DNA of 61,812 nt, counting the filler, from Choristocarpus tenellus KU-1152 (taxonomy: Eukaryota > Protista > Phaeophyceae), in assembly GCA_964200185.2 (NCBI GenBank). It is 9 parts of 9 records of this genome, joined end to end, with 100 filler letters (N's around TTAATTAATTAA, not from the genome) between each part and the next. Parts side by side here need not be neighbours in the genome. Positions count along the whole stretch, not along the records: positions 37,710 to 48,626 come from CAXNAD020002627.1; positions 48,727 to 61,812 come from CAXNAD020001589.1; 7 more parts are not named here. One strand, given 5' to 3'. The position numbers and the translations under genes are program-made. Shown here piece by piece: positions 37,710 to 50,231 of this stretch (position 1 is the stretch's first letter; each line of letters begins with the position of its first letter). The notes beneath the pieces are model-generated. The model searched no databases, was not told where the DNA came from, and was given only the letters and a program-made list of their open reading frames with translations.

Positions 37710-39000
37710 TGCCCGTTACAAGGCCTTCCAGAGTACGGAATTCGGTTTTCTTACACCATTTTTTTTTTAAGAAAGAGCGGTCATATTGGGGTTCGAACCC
37801 TGGATTGTAGGTCACCAAGAGTGGCAACAGATACACTATTACTTGATTAAAGTATAGGGCTTAGACAGGAAAAACAACCCCACTCTTCCCGTGTGTTCGC
37901 ACACCAACTTTTTGACCTCGGCAAGGATGTCCTCGTCGAGGTCCAGAACGAAACGTCTCTCGTAGCGCCCTTGCTCCGACACCTTAATGTGGCCCTTAGT
38001 TAGGAAGTCCCACTCCCATCTACTCACAGTTTTCGCTGTGACCATCGCATATCCTGCTGCCATCTCGAGCGACGTTTTGTGATCTTTTTCATTGACCACT
38101 AAGATATTCTACACCCGGGTTTTCACTTAGGCGTTTCCTGAGCGCAATGGCACGCAGTCACACTGCTCTCCTCCCCAACCTTTCCTTTGGCCGACCACTA
38201 TGGTTCTCCCTTCGCCTGCTGTGACCAGGCTTTCTCCACAGATTTTGTCACTGTACCACCTAGTGATGGACTCGCCGCTCTCTTCTTGCTTTCCTGAGAT
38301 GGCAGAGACTGTTGGGCAGTGCTTGTATCGGTTTAAGATCCAACCACGTTTGTGTGGTAATGCTTTCAATCCATCTTCTTTCAGCAACAATGTCGCAGCC
38401 GTGTGGTCCATTTCACGATTTGATTATACTGCTGCACCACATTACACGCACTTTCTTGTCATCTAGCATCGTACTAGTCTCACAAGGTACTTGTTTTTCT
38501 GTCACCCCTCGACAGAGAAGGTGCCGAGGGTAGATCCAGGGGGAAGAGTGGCCTTGGAGGCTCTCCTTTTCTCATGGTTGTGGTCCATATTGCTGCGAGG
38601 GTCACCTGCTTCTATGTTCACAGAAAGTCTACAAAAGGCGTCAAAAAGATGTCCGAGAATCTTGCATTTTTTTTCGGTAGGGCCAAACACACAGTATTTC
38701 TGCAGGGCCTATCCCGGACCATTTTTCAGCGGGGAATTCAATCAACCACTTCATTATTGTACCTTTTGAGGCTGTGACCATCAAAATTGCGCCGGTGTTG
38801 TTCCCTCGCGTTTTTGCCATTCTTTGATCGGGATATAGTTCCCGTTCACTGGATTTAATACATTCCTGCATACGAATCTTCAACCCTTCTTGGCATAAGT
38901 GTTCATTTGATATTTATGTTGTTGCATACCTCTTTTGCCCTGACACAGTGAAAAAAAGCAAGATTGCCCCAGACCGCGAAGCTATTGGTACCACTTTATC
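37710..39000 (-). mobile_element. Tc1/IS630-like element, copy 3 (different internal deletion)
   Basis: Homologous to copies 1 and 2. ORF 37839-38099 has an HTH-like TAKTVSRWEWDFLTKGHIKVSEQGRYERRFVLDLDEDI. Confidence 0.75.
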
Positions 39001-39174
39001 GTGTTTGTTAGGAAGTGTCAATATCAATGTTTCGGACACACCTTTTCATGACGTATACATTTTACCTACTCCTAAACATTTTGGAGTAGGAAAATATCAT
39101 TTTAAAAACATGGGAAGCCAAGCCCCAAATGGACAAACAGGGCAAAACTCGTACCCTCTAAGATACTGTCACTC
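38997..39174. mobile_element. MITE family A, partial
   Basis: Homologous to, and inverted relative to, 39289-39547. Confidence 0.82.
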
Positions 39175-39288
39175 ATAACCGAGTCTATGACCATCGACCA
39201 CTTAAACATGGCTGGGCCACTGCCAATAGTGGACATGCTAAAGTCTCAGCCTGATGAAAAGCCCTGGAATTTGATGTCCATGGACTAT

Positions 39289-39547
39289 GAATGAAAGTAT
39301 CTTAGAGGGTACTACTTTTGCCCTGTTTGTCCGTTTGGGGCTTGGCTTCCCACGGTTTTTTAATGACATTTTCCTACTCCAAAATGTTTTGGAGTAGGTA
39401 AATAGATACTTTTTGAGAAGGTGTGTGTCCGGAACAAGGATATTGGCACTTTCCGACAAACACGATAGCCAAAATTGCATCAAAATCGCAATATTGGATT
39501 CTGACCCCCAAATGGACGTGGCTCGACTATCTAAGATATTTCGACTC
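39289..39547. mobile_element. MITE family A, full-length copy
   Basis: AAAGTATCTTAGAGGG..CTAAGATATTTCGACTC; internal perfect 12-bp palindrome at 39373-39398. Confidence 0.85.
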
Positions 39548-40710
39548 CATGTGGTATCTGCATTGGGAAGGTACACCTATACCTTACTATCTTTTGCTAA
39601 GCCACAAGAAGGGACACACGAAAAGATGTGGATCACGGTGGGAAGATCTACTGCGGATGGAGGGACTATGCACCAGATTTGAGGGAGGAGGCAGAGTGAT
39701 GAGCGATGGGATGGCTGAACCCAACATGCGGGAAAAAATCAAGACACACTAGAGGCAGTGGAATTAGTGTAGTCCAACAGATAGTTAGTAGGGTAGAAGA
39801 AATTGGGCAGTGAGCACTGCCATTTCATCAAAGGTCAAGGGCTAGGTAGTACGGATGTCACGGAGAAGTTCCAGACTATTATACCTCACTAAATGGGAAG
39901 AAAATTCAAGTCCATATCTGTTATAAATCATTTTAGTGATGTCACAAGACAACCAATGATGTCATGAAGCAACCACATTGGATGTCTATAATTATGCATT
40001 TTGTCATCTTTGCATTCTTAGAGTTTTGTGTGTGTGTGTTGTGCAATTTACCTTGGGTAATGCTATTTATCAGTAGTGAAGACATGAAGGTGTGAAGGTG
40101 AAGCCTCACACGATCCCCTTTGCTGAACGTGGAAAGAATGGACGGATGGAATTAGAAGAGTGGCCTTTGTGGGGTGTATTATATTGCTTGTTTATTATTA
40201 TTTGTCTCATACGTAAGTCAACGGTTATGTCAGAGAATTCTAATTGTAATACCGAACTCCATACATAATCCAGGTATACTATTTTCATTTGTTACATCTC
40301 TCATACACAATGTAAGGTACACCTCACTATTGTCCTATTTTGAACATGTATGTGTATGTGTGTGTTGTTATGCGATGAGTGAAATAGAAGAAGAAAAACT
40401 TTGGACTTCAAACACTGGAAGTCAATACATTAATATTTCTACCTGCCAGTGGAATTTGATATCCCATCCACAACACACCACTGTACAAGGGAAAACACAA
40501 GGAGATGTTGGGTAATATCTCCAATGGTCAGGGCTCATTGAGGCGGGCAATTGTAGCAAAGGTGACTGGATTATTTTTGTTCTGTATAATCATTCCTGTT
40601 GTTTCTTGCGCTAATTATGGGTATCAAGGACCAAGAGGGTCAAAGTACATGCTCACCGTTGGTGGAGCATTTGAGACGGTCATGAGGTGTCCGCATCAAG
40701 CCTATGATGC

Positions 40711-41500
40711 ATGAGTATGTTCTGTGAACGATTCTGCGTGGGTTTTCTGTCCTTTTCTGATTTGCACAGTCTGATATACCCTTTCGCCCAAAAGAGAGAA
40801 GAGGATGGGCCGCCTCCGGAATGGGACTGTTCCAGGAGAGTGGACTCTTGCATGTGTTCTCCTGTTTTTGTCTATGAGCTCGTGGACATCGCCACCATCA
40901 CCAAAGCAACGACATATTAGATGACCAGGAATGTTGTGCTGGACTGGCTCTTGAGGAAAAGTTGGAAAGTGTTGCAGACGGATTTAGGAGAAAAAAATGT
41001 GCCCGTATCATATCTAGATGTGTGGATACAGTTAATGAACTGTTCGTTCGGATCAAACATGTCGTCCTCGAATTTCACCTGGCACCTATGCGCTTCTGTT
41101 CTGGGCACAAGAAGGGTTATCGACTTAACCTGAAGACAACAACTAATGTATTGGATTCAATTTTCTTCCTCATATTGAAACCATGAATCCATTGCATCTG
41201 TTCTTCGATACCTTGTGCACTGTTCTCATTGTTAACAACTAAATAACAACAAGGTGGCCTATGAACCTATCCAAACTATCCATTCCTCAAAGGCGGTGTG
41301 TGATGCCATGTAGTGTTTCAAGGCGTTGTCATAAACACCCCCAGAGTACAAACGATCGGACTGATGAGCGTTGTTGTCACGATTTCAGAAGTGGTTGGAT
41401 ACTCTTAGCTTAGGGTTCTACATTGTGGGAGATGCCGCGTATCAATCCAGTGATTGGGTGCTGACAACGTTCGGCGGAACAGGGCCACCTTCCGAATATG
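40711..41500 (+). mobile_element. PIF/Harbinger transposase remnant
   Basis: VADGFRRK..RCVDTVNELFVRI..FCSGHKKGYRLNL (CVGAIDG..SGHK.YGLN.Q-like), STND and GFYIVGDAAYQSSDWVLTTF (GDxAY..LTPF). Confidence 0.82.
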
Positions 41501-41729
41501 TGGCCAGGGTTTGGACTTGGGGATACCCATTACTAAGTGTGGGTGGACAATCTACTGAGCTATATTGATGAGGTCTACACACATGTAGTGGTAAAGTAGC
41601 CTTACATATTAATCACTTCAAGGATGAACTTTGTTGTATCATAACTTGTGGTCAAGAACGAATTTTACCATGAACGTGGGTGCGATATGCTGTTATGGTC
41701 ATCCTCTACCATATTTTCCATATGATTTT

Positions 41730-41985
41730 AACCCAAAGCATATAAGAAGGTAGGGCCACGTCTGTTCTGGGTCATAAATCCAATATTCTGATTTGATGAA
41801 TTTTGGTCATCATGGTTGTTAGCAAGGGTCAGTATCTTTGCTCTGGACACACCTTTCATCGTCGTATACATTTGATCAACTCTGGAATGTTTCGAAAACC
41901 AAAAAAGGGCATGTAAAACTATGGGAAGTCAAGCCCTGAACGGACAAACAGGGCAAAAATCCAACCCTCTTAAATGCTTTGACTC
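41730..41985. mobile_element. MITE family A, diverged full-length copy with TTTT target duplication
   Basis: TTTT|AACCCAAAGCATAT..AAATGCTTTGACTC|TTTT; internal homology to the other copies. Confidence 0.78.
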
Positions 41986-42565
41986 TTTTGTGATGTTGGT
42001 TCGTTCCCAGTTGAGAAAATCTGTACTCTGAAATCGAGATATTTGGATACCCATCTGTCAACTAATCTGATAGGGTGTTGGGGAGGTTTTCCCAGGTCAT
42101 AACTCCTGGTAGAGAACGAGTTTTTCCATGAAAGTAGGTGTGATGCTACTTTCCCATGGGCAGCTTGATCCATCACGGTGACCTCCATGAAGCCCTTTGC
42201 TTACAAGGCATTGCTCCCCCACTTGAAGGCGGCCCTACTTATCTTGTCAACCGTTGAAGATGTACGGTCGGCACGATTTACAAAATAACACCAATTGGGG
42301 TACTCAATGATGGAGGATGGTCGTGTCACCATCCTTGTCTTTCATCACGATACTCATGTTTTGGGAACAAAGTACCCAACACAATGCTACTTAAACAGAT
42401 GGGTGTCCTCATGCCCCCCACAGATCCATCTTGATTCAGTTTGTTACATTATTACCTAGATGAATTAATGAACGAACATACCAAGTGAAAGAAAATGACA
42501 TGAGCTTCGGGGAATATGCAAATAACTTTGACGGGAAATTCTGTGGGGAAGTGAGGATTTGAATA

Positions 42566-44158
42566 CAGTCGGTCTACCTATATAAGAGAGGGTAGGGGCA
42601 ACCGAAACCCCCCCCTCATATCTCGATCCTCTCTTATAGTATTTAAGAGTGCTTTTCTCTTAAACCGAAGGATCGTGATAAGAGAAACCTATTTTATATC
42701 AAGCAAAAGTGGTTGTAGGCACTATATTCTTGTCCCCAAACGATGACAGAGTGACGCCCTTGCTTTACGTGCTTCCCATCTTCCCATCTGTCTTCAAGAG
42801 TAGTTACATGTAGATATGTATTGAATATTGCCCTTGGTAAGCCCATTTCGATGGAGCTGTGGTGGTGCAGCAAGCACCACATCTACACCACCCCTCCACA
42901 GTATACCAGTGTATTACGTATACTGCACTGTCACTTGGGTAAAATTACACTCATTACGATGTATTCACTCATATGTATAGTACACCTTCCCAAGAAAAGC
43001 GTCTTCAGACCATTGGATGACTGGACAGACAATTCGCAGTTCAAAAAAAACCAACGCCCAAAGTCAATCTCCCTTTAATACCCTGCCCTATGTATTCAAT
43101 TGCACTCTACAAGGAAATTTTACAATATAGTATCAAAAACACCACCATGAGTCAGATGTAGCTGCACCGCCATGCACCTCCCATTGCACGCACTGAGTAA
43201 AACAACTTATTTGCTGATAAAAAAATCGTGACTGCCAAAAAAATCTCGAATGTCCGCTTGTTTGATGCCCTTGCCCTGACTGCGCTGAGCCAAGCCAGCT
43301 TTGCTTTCCAGAGATGGTACGAAACAACGTTCATGCTACGCTCTTCGACGGTTGTTTCTAAGCTTGCAAACTCGTCAGCTATTTTAGAGTACGTCAGTGG
43401 AGGAATCGAGAACACCGAAGGAGCTGCTCCTTTCCTCACGACCCTTAATGAGCTGCCCTTCCCATAAGCCCATCGTCATCCTTGTCACCCGAGCTTTCAT
43501 TATCTGACTGGTATACAAGAATTTCTCGAGCAGCTGTTCTTTCATTGTCCTCTAGTGTTGCATTGGTAACTTCTTTGTTGTCTTTCACACCGATCCATGC
43601 TCTTGCTGCATTGATGGAAGCCTGAGACTGCTTCCCGCCAGGTTTGAGGTGCAGGGCGTCAAGAGCATTAGAGAGATCCTAATTAATATATAGGGACACC
43701 TTGTTTGGGACGTTACCTCTACGAAAAAAAATGGCCACCTGTGATACTACAGTACACATTACAGACAATAAAGTACAATAGAAACGAGCGCAAAATTTCA
43801 AAAAATTAAATCACGATCCTCATTAGCAGACAGTGCATGAAGACAATTCAATCACGATCACAGTCAGCCTAGTTTCAGAATTTCAATCCACACGTTGATG
43901 CACCTAGGTATGTTTGGGGCCCCTCGTAGACTTGGTGTCAAGCTTTAGTGTCTGTACTTTCTCCATGATGATTCTTGCCTACTTCTTCAACTCGGTGAAG
44001 TAGTGAAAAAAAATGGAAGTTTGCTCGATATAAGAGAGAATTGGGAGGAAAACGCTGAAACCTCTCTTATGGCCTGAAAAGTAGTGACAAGGCAATTTAC
44101 CCTCTCTTATATCCCTTTTTCTCTAATATCGACCTCTTTTATATAGGTACACCCACTG
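42566..44158 (-). mobile_element. Internally deleted pogo/Tigger-like element with both TIRs and TA target duplication
   Basis: Left TA|CAGTCGGTCTACCTATATAAGAGAGG and right CCTCTTTTATATAGGTACACCCACTG|TA match at 23/26. Repeated subterminal ATAAGAGA motifs. Acidic degenerate ORF at 43152-43680 resembles a pogo C-terminus. Confidence 0.85.
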
Positions 44159-44445
44159 TATATACATTTTCGGAATTCTACGGAATCTCTTTCGCAGGAA
44201 GTAAAGTCACATTCCCCAAATATCTCATTGAAATTGTTTACAAAATACGAATGGTGATATTACAAGGTTTTGTTTGATATAGTAGTTGTTGATCAATTTG
44301 TTCAGTCAGTTGAATCTCAACCAATTTCAAGATCTGTCTGATTGAAAGAGGTGGAAACTTGGATTACTTCTACTACTACTACTTTTGATTTCATACTTGG
44401 AGTGCTCTGGGCGCTCTAGGCTTGCCACAGCAGTATCCCTCAAAG

Positions 44446-47400
44446 ATGTTGACCTCTGTTCACACTTCGTTGCCATCGCTGACTATGCCTCGTAAACCCC
44501 TTGTGTGCTCTGTATGGAATCCAGCATCTATTGTAAGGGGAGAAATTTGTAATGGATGTTTGCCCGACCAGGCGTTTGACCATGAGGGTGCTCCTATCCA
44601 CCTTCGCGTAAGGAGACTTCGTAGACCACTTCCAGTTGAGTCTGCCATCGCTCCCAGCTTTAGCCACCCTCTCGCTTCGGGGGCACAAGGAAGGTAACAG
44701 TTGTGTGTTAACCATTTTCTTTCCTACTAGCCTCTTCTGTATCGATTCATGTTGATACTAGATTAATGAAATACTGCAGAACATGATCCTGCGCAGTCTT
44801 TTGCAGTTTAAATTGGACCATAGGCGACTGTGTTTCACTCGACTGCTACTTTTTGCTTGTGTGAGAAATTGCAACACTACGGTTGCATCGTGGTACAATC
44901 GGTCGTCTAAATATGCTACCCCCCCCCGGCTACCACTGCTCATCGATTACTTTCGTCGCTGAAGCGCTAGTGTCGAGCAAGTAAGGGACCCCTTTGTTGA
45001 GGTAGGGGTATCCTCTAAGTGCCTTCTGCGCTTGGGTACCCTAAGCGGAGGATGGGCTATTCTTCGTCCTGCAGATTCTCACGGCACGTGTAGTATGTGG
45101 AGAACGTCGATGTCAGGGGCAAGTGAGCTCGGAGACGCCAACTATGGTCACCTTTGTCGTGTCATTGCGACTGATGGAGTTGAGGTCGACAGGGCTGAGG
45201 TAAACGGTGTAGGAGGTAGTGCTTGGATGGAGGCCAGGACCATGTCGCAATATGGGGCCAGGTGCTCAGGTGTACTTGCGGACGATGATATCCTAGTGCC
45301 TCCTTCCCTCGCCTTCAATGTTGGCTTGGGTCCTTACTCTAAGTACGTTCGACTCGAACGTCGTTCTTTCTCAGACGGTTCCATTGCCTGCGAATGTCTT
45401 CTTGGCAACAGGAGCAGGGCTAATGGTTTCTCCCCAGGGCGTCTCGGTTTCACTCGAAATACACCACTCTCAGTTGCTCGCTGGGCTTCAGTTGCTCGAG
45501 TGAAACGCCCAAGGCCTGGAAGCGGTAACCACGGCTGTGGCAGCTCTCGGGGGACTGCACGTTTGGCTTGCGCCGAAGCCTTAGCTCTCACTGCCTTCTT
45601 CTCTTCACCAAGGGTACTTTGCGTAGGCGAAGTTTTCGGTGTCTCTATGCCGACCCCATGCTTGGGTGGCAGGGGCAACAGGGAGGGAGGCGATAGAAAT
45701 GTGGGTGGGACTGATTTGACGTGTTGGTGGGATGGGACGGAGGAGGATGAAATTGGCACAGGAGGTTGGGAAGATGTGACACAAGGGGAGGGGGTAGGAG
45801 AAACAGTAGAAGAGGAGGACGGGCCAATAGGCAGTATGTCAGACAAGTTTGAAGGTTCTAAGGGTTGTTGGGTTGATGACATGACTGCGCTGAGGCCAAT
45901 AGGTGAAGCTGGACCTGAGGCCAGGGCCGAGACTGTAGATGCTGATAATGTGGATGTACTGGGCCAGGATAGTGCAAACAGTGGAAAGAACGGGCATAAT
46001 ATCAATGGTGGCTGGGGCAGGGGAATCACAGGCGGCAGTATGTCAGAACGGAAGTTTCAAAGCGCCATCTTCCACCAGGGATCAGAGGTGACCTTCTTCA
46101 TGGTGACCAGCCTTAGTGCCGAGGAAGATGTTGGGAACAGAGGCAATGGAGAAGGGACTACAAACGACACAAATGAAATTGGAGATGGTAGAGGTTGCTT
46201 AAGGAATGCTAGATTAGGAACAAGTGTAAGTAGAGTGCAGGGGTTGGAGCCAGGCGGCGGGGGACGGGATGATTGCATGGTGGTGAGCCGAACAGCAACA
46301 GAGCTCCGTCAGTCTGGGACTGTCAACTCCCTAGTACCAGATGAATCTTGGTACCACCCGTACTTGTGCCTTGCACAGGGTCTTCCAACTCCACCGCCTG
46401 CAGCTCCGCTAGTGAGTGCCAATACTCTGGCTCACGTGGGCTGTCTTGACTTGATTGGAGAAATGAGGGGTGGTTGGAGTGTACTATTCGCTGTGCTGCT
46501 TTTGCCTTCATGACTGCCCGCCTGCCCTGCTCCTAATCTTCACCCTCATCATTTCACAACCCATCCTACTTCACTGCTTGTTGCCATATTCAATACCACC
46601 TATGCCTGATATTTCTCCACCCTTGTGTTCCACCCCTGACTTCCATGCCATATCATGGGTTGTTCTCCTGCAGCTCTCTTTGTGTTACACATATTCACTC
46701 ATCCAGACCCTCCCTCCATGGCATCACCAATGTATAAATCTACTGTCCATATCCTGATGACGGAGTCAACCTCAGCATGGTGCCCATCGCCTCTCTTCTG
46801 TCTGTACCCTCAAAATCTATGATCTAGGATGAGAGCTCTCTTGGGTCTCTCTTGGAGGTGCTGGCCCCCCTTGTGGGGCCAGAAGCACCAGGAATTTTCC
46901 GGGCAGGCTCCCGGCCAGTGGTGCTACTTCACAGCTCAGTTGGGGGTTCTAGTGATGGAGGGAGGGGAGAGGCTTCCAGCCTGATAGGCACTGCAGCAGA
47001 GCGGGTGAGAATTTTGTGATATTGTGAAACTCTGATGCAAGTGCGGTACTCTTATTTGTTGCAATTTTTTTTTCTCAGCGCAATTGATGTGTACTCTGTT
47101 GCCACTGCAGTGAGGGATGAACAGATATGGAAACTGAGAGTGTGGTACAGGATTCAATGGGGTTGGTCTTTTGCTCCCCTTGATGGTTTCTGACCCTTTT
47201 ACTTTATCCCCTCTTGGTCCTGGCCACGGTTATGATGCCTGTTTTAGGAGTCCATGCTTGGTGCAATTTAGAAATTATATTTACATACTCTGGAGATAGC
47301 TAGCAAGGTTTTGGAGGAGCTGAGACTAATTTTAGAGTGTGGGGGTGGAGGTAGGTGAGAGGTAGGGAAGGTATGGGGGATACCACCATTGGTTTTGTGG

Positions 47401-47989
47401 ACCCAACACCCTCTGCCCCAACTAGGCTCTCTCATGGCTTGTCTCCCGTCAGCCTGTTGTCCAGGAACACCCTTGCCCTACCAAACTGGTAGTTTTGAAG
47501 GTATACCTTTCGTATTGCCGAGAGTAAAGTATGTCATTAGTTCTAAATCCTGGTACAGATACTTCATCAGATAGTTCAACTCCTAGGGCTCTATTGCGCA
47601 AAATGATCATAACAATGTTGTGTGATGCCCAATAGATCCTCCCTTCCGTATTGGTTGTGCACATCACTGCTCCTGAGATAATGGGTGAGGCCACCCCCCC
47701 ACTCTGCATAGGTCATTTGGGCCCAGCAAGTGAAAGCATTAGTTGCCCAATACAAGATTGCAAATATGTCGAGTTAAACTTTGAATACTTCTCCTTTCCC
47801 CAAATCAACCCTGTCGGTTGAAGCTGGGACTTCATGTTCGCACCACCAGTGTGAGGTCAATTGCAAGTTCCCCTGGGACAGTTGGAGGTGGGGGGGGGGG
47901 GGTTCGTGAGGCACTGCGGATGGAGTTCCTTGCTGCGAAGGAGATGTCACCATGCTTGCTTCACTTGAGGGGTATTGCCAGTCTTTCCG
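44446..47989 (+). CDS. PEX6: Peroxisomal AAA ATPase PEX6-like, 5' partial; exons 44446-44693, 44971-46411, 46828-47004, 47824-47989
   Basis: Phase-compatible GT-AG exons. Motifs VGVSSKCLLRLGTLSGGW, FFSSPRVLCVGEVFGV, LRQSGTVNSLVP, LLEVLAPL..VVLLH and AAERLGLHV..AKEMSPCLLHLRGI match the PEX6 N-domains and degenerate D1. Truncated by the contig end. Confidence 0.78.
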
Positions 47990-48559
47990 GTGAGTCATAT
48001 TCAGGAGGGTCAGGGGTCAGGTTAGGTATTGTCAAGAGAGCAGAGTAGTCTATATTGTTGATAAGGGTTTTGAATTGAGGCTTGAAGTGGAAGGCAATAG
48101 GAGGTGCCGTGTGTTAGTGAGATGGAGTGTTTGCCCCACTGCTGTTGTCAGACTTTGTTATTCCACACTCAATCCTTGTCTAAGGATCGGCTGTATTTTT
48201 CTAGGGTTGGCCTGTGGGTGTGCCTTGTTTGCCCTCGAAGCACTGACATGGCAAACATTGATTTCACATCAGAGGGCTGTGATGACTCACATGTCACCCT
48301 CATATGGTGTGCTGTGGAGATGCTTGAGTGCACATGAGGTGGAGGTGGAAATTCCCAGTTGACTTTCTTGTTTCCAAACTTGTGGTGCCTGAGGATTTTT
48401 TAGAGGACGTGTACAAACCCCTCCCACACCTAGGAAGTGCACCAATGTTCTACTTTTATTTTTTTTTGTACACACATGTTCATATCTATCAGGAGGAGAG
48501 ACACACACAGAGACCCAGGTATGTACATATACAGCAGACAAAATGCATTTTCCCCTGCC

Positions 48560-48597
<38 letters not shown>

Positions 48598-48626
48598 ACC
48601 CCCCAACAACCACCACCCACACCCCC

Positions 48627-48726
48627 NNNNNNNNNNNNNNNNNNNNNNNNNNNNNNNNNNNNNNNNNNNNTTAATTAATTAANNNNNNNNNNNNNNNNNN
48701 NNNNNNNNNNNNNNNNNNNNNNNNNN
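48627..48726. other. Artificial contig-joining linker
   Basis: Same 100-bp linker. Confidence 0.98.
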
Positions 48727-48766
48727 CTGGTGTAGAACTCCCCCCCCCCCCCAGATACTTTGGGTC
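48727..48766. mobile_element. MITE family B end at contig start
   Basis: CTGGTGTAGAACT(C)nAGATACTTTGGGTC. Confidence 0.75.
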
Positions 48767-49039
48767 ACTGCCTTCCTGTTGTGCCTCCGGCCTAGCTTAG
48801 TCCTGCACCCCAGGGTGAGGAGCTACATAGTATATAATGTGTATTACTTTTTCATATTGTGGAGTCTAAACCAACCGCATGGTGTAAATTATATGATTTT
48901 GCACTACATACTAATAAGTGTATAATTTTATCCCAATATAATTTTGGAGATAATGGTGTGATGTTGAGGGTGACATGATGACACACAACAACCGAGTGTG
49001 TATTTCTAACAAAAAAAATATACGATAAACAAAAGAGAG

Positions 49040-50231
49040 TTGCAGAATAAGAAAACCCATCACGTATTACTCTTGTGCCCACTGAGATGTTCCAGGTTTT
49101 GCGATTGGGAAAATATGAAGAAGAATACAAGGCCAAGAGTACAACGACACAACAAAAGAGTCTGCACTGCTTGCGTTACACATTCAAAATACACAAACAG
49201 GACCATTGATCGTTGAATTTTCAAAGCAAGAAACCAACTACTTTTGGAGTACATATTATTTTGCTCTGGAGTAGATATTATATACCAAATGATATTTTAC
49301 AGATGTCTTTATGAAGGGGACAAAAAGCAACATGCAAGGCCGAGAACACAACAAACTCAACAATAACAGAGTCTGTCTTGCTTGTAACAATGGTTTTTCA
49401 TTACCACCAACCGTGGTGGTTTGTATTGAACTCAAAAACCAACTCCATCCACACCAGGAATCTATATACCATGGTGTATATAGTAGCATTATACTTCGAA
49501 CTATCTGAACGCAGCCAAGAAATGCATGATTACACACACAACTCTCCTAGAATGATACTATGAAAATGGGAGATGGTCTAGAAATAGGAGAAGAAATCCA
49601 CAAGGTAGTAAGCCACGCCTCGCTATCATCCCAGTGTCCCCAACTTAAAAAAAATGGGATCCTTGGAATACGCGTCTTACGCCGTGACAGACTCGATATA
49701 TCACAGTCATACCTTCTCCACACCCTTCCTGTCGAAATCCACAGGTACCAAACAACCCACCATGTGAGTGACCAGCTCATCCAGGAATTACTAATTTCCG
49801 ATATGCCCATGATTTCTACCACGAAGATGTTATGGATCAGAATAAGAAACCAAAAATCCTCAATAGTGGTTACAGTGGTAATGGCAAGTTCGAAAAATAA
49901 CGGTAAGCTACGGAAAGGGTAATCCTTAATAAAACATCAAAAACAATGAAATATAGAGCAGTGTTCACTAACTCCATCTTGTAGTAATCATTATACCAAG
50001 GTGAGCCTGATGGTTAGGAGGGTGTACCTCAAGGGTGACATCTATTGCCTGTCTTGTTGGGAAACGGGCCTGATCATTGGTGAGCGGTGGCTACCAGATC
50101 TGGAGGAAGACCACCTCTCTTTACAATATGCTCAGCAAATCAGTGGGAGTATAGTAAATGTATCCATGGAGTGCATTGCTAAACGTTGTCCAAAGTGGAA
50201 AACCATGCTGATGTGGCCAAATGTTTGGTAG
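49040..50231 (+). pseudogene. Unassigned transposon-like relic with Cys-rich motifs
   Basis: Broken frames with RVCTAC, RVCLAC and terminal YCLSCWE..TICSAN..KCIHGVHC. Confidence 0.3.

Noticed and set aside
45334-46029. Long antisense ORFs (also 25883-26233, 26316-26672, 53011-53520, 54297-54752)
   Set aside because: Shadow frames of low-complexity coding exons on the opposite strand
14317-47989. Apparent 'organelle-biogenesis cluster' (TM9SF, TraB, seipin, MIC10, PEX6)
   Set aside because: These genes lie on five different contigs joined by artificial linkers, so their proximity is an artefact of concatenation
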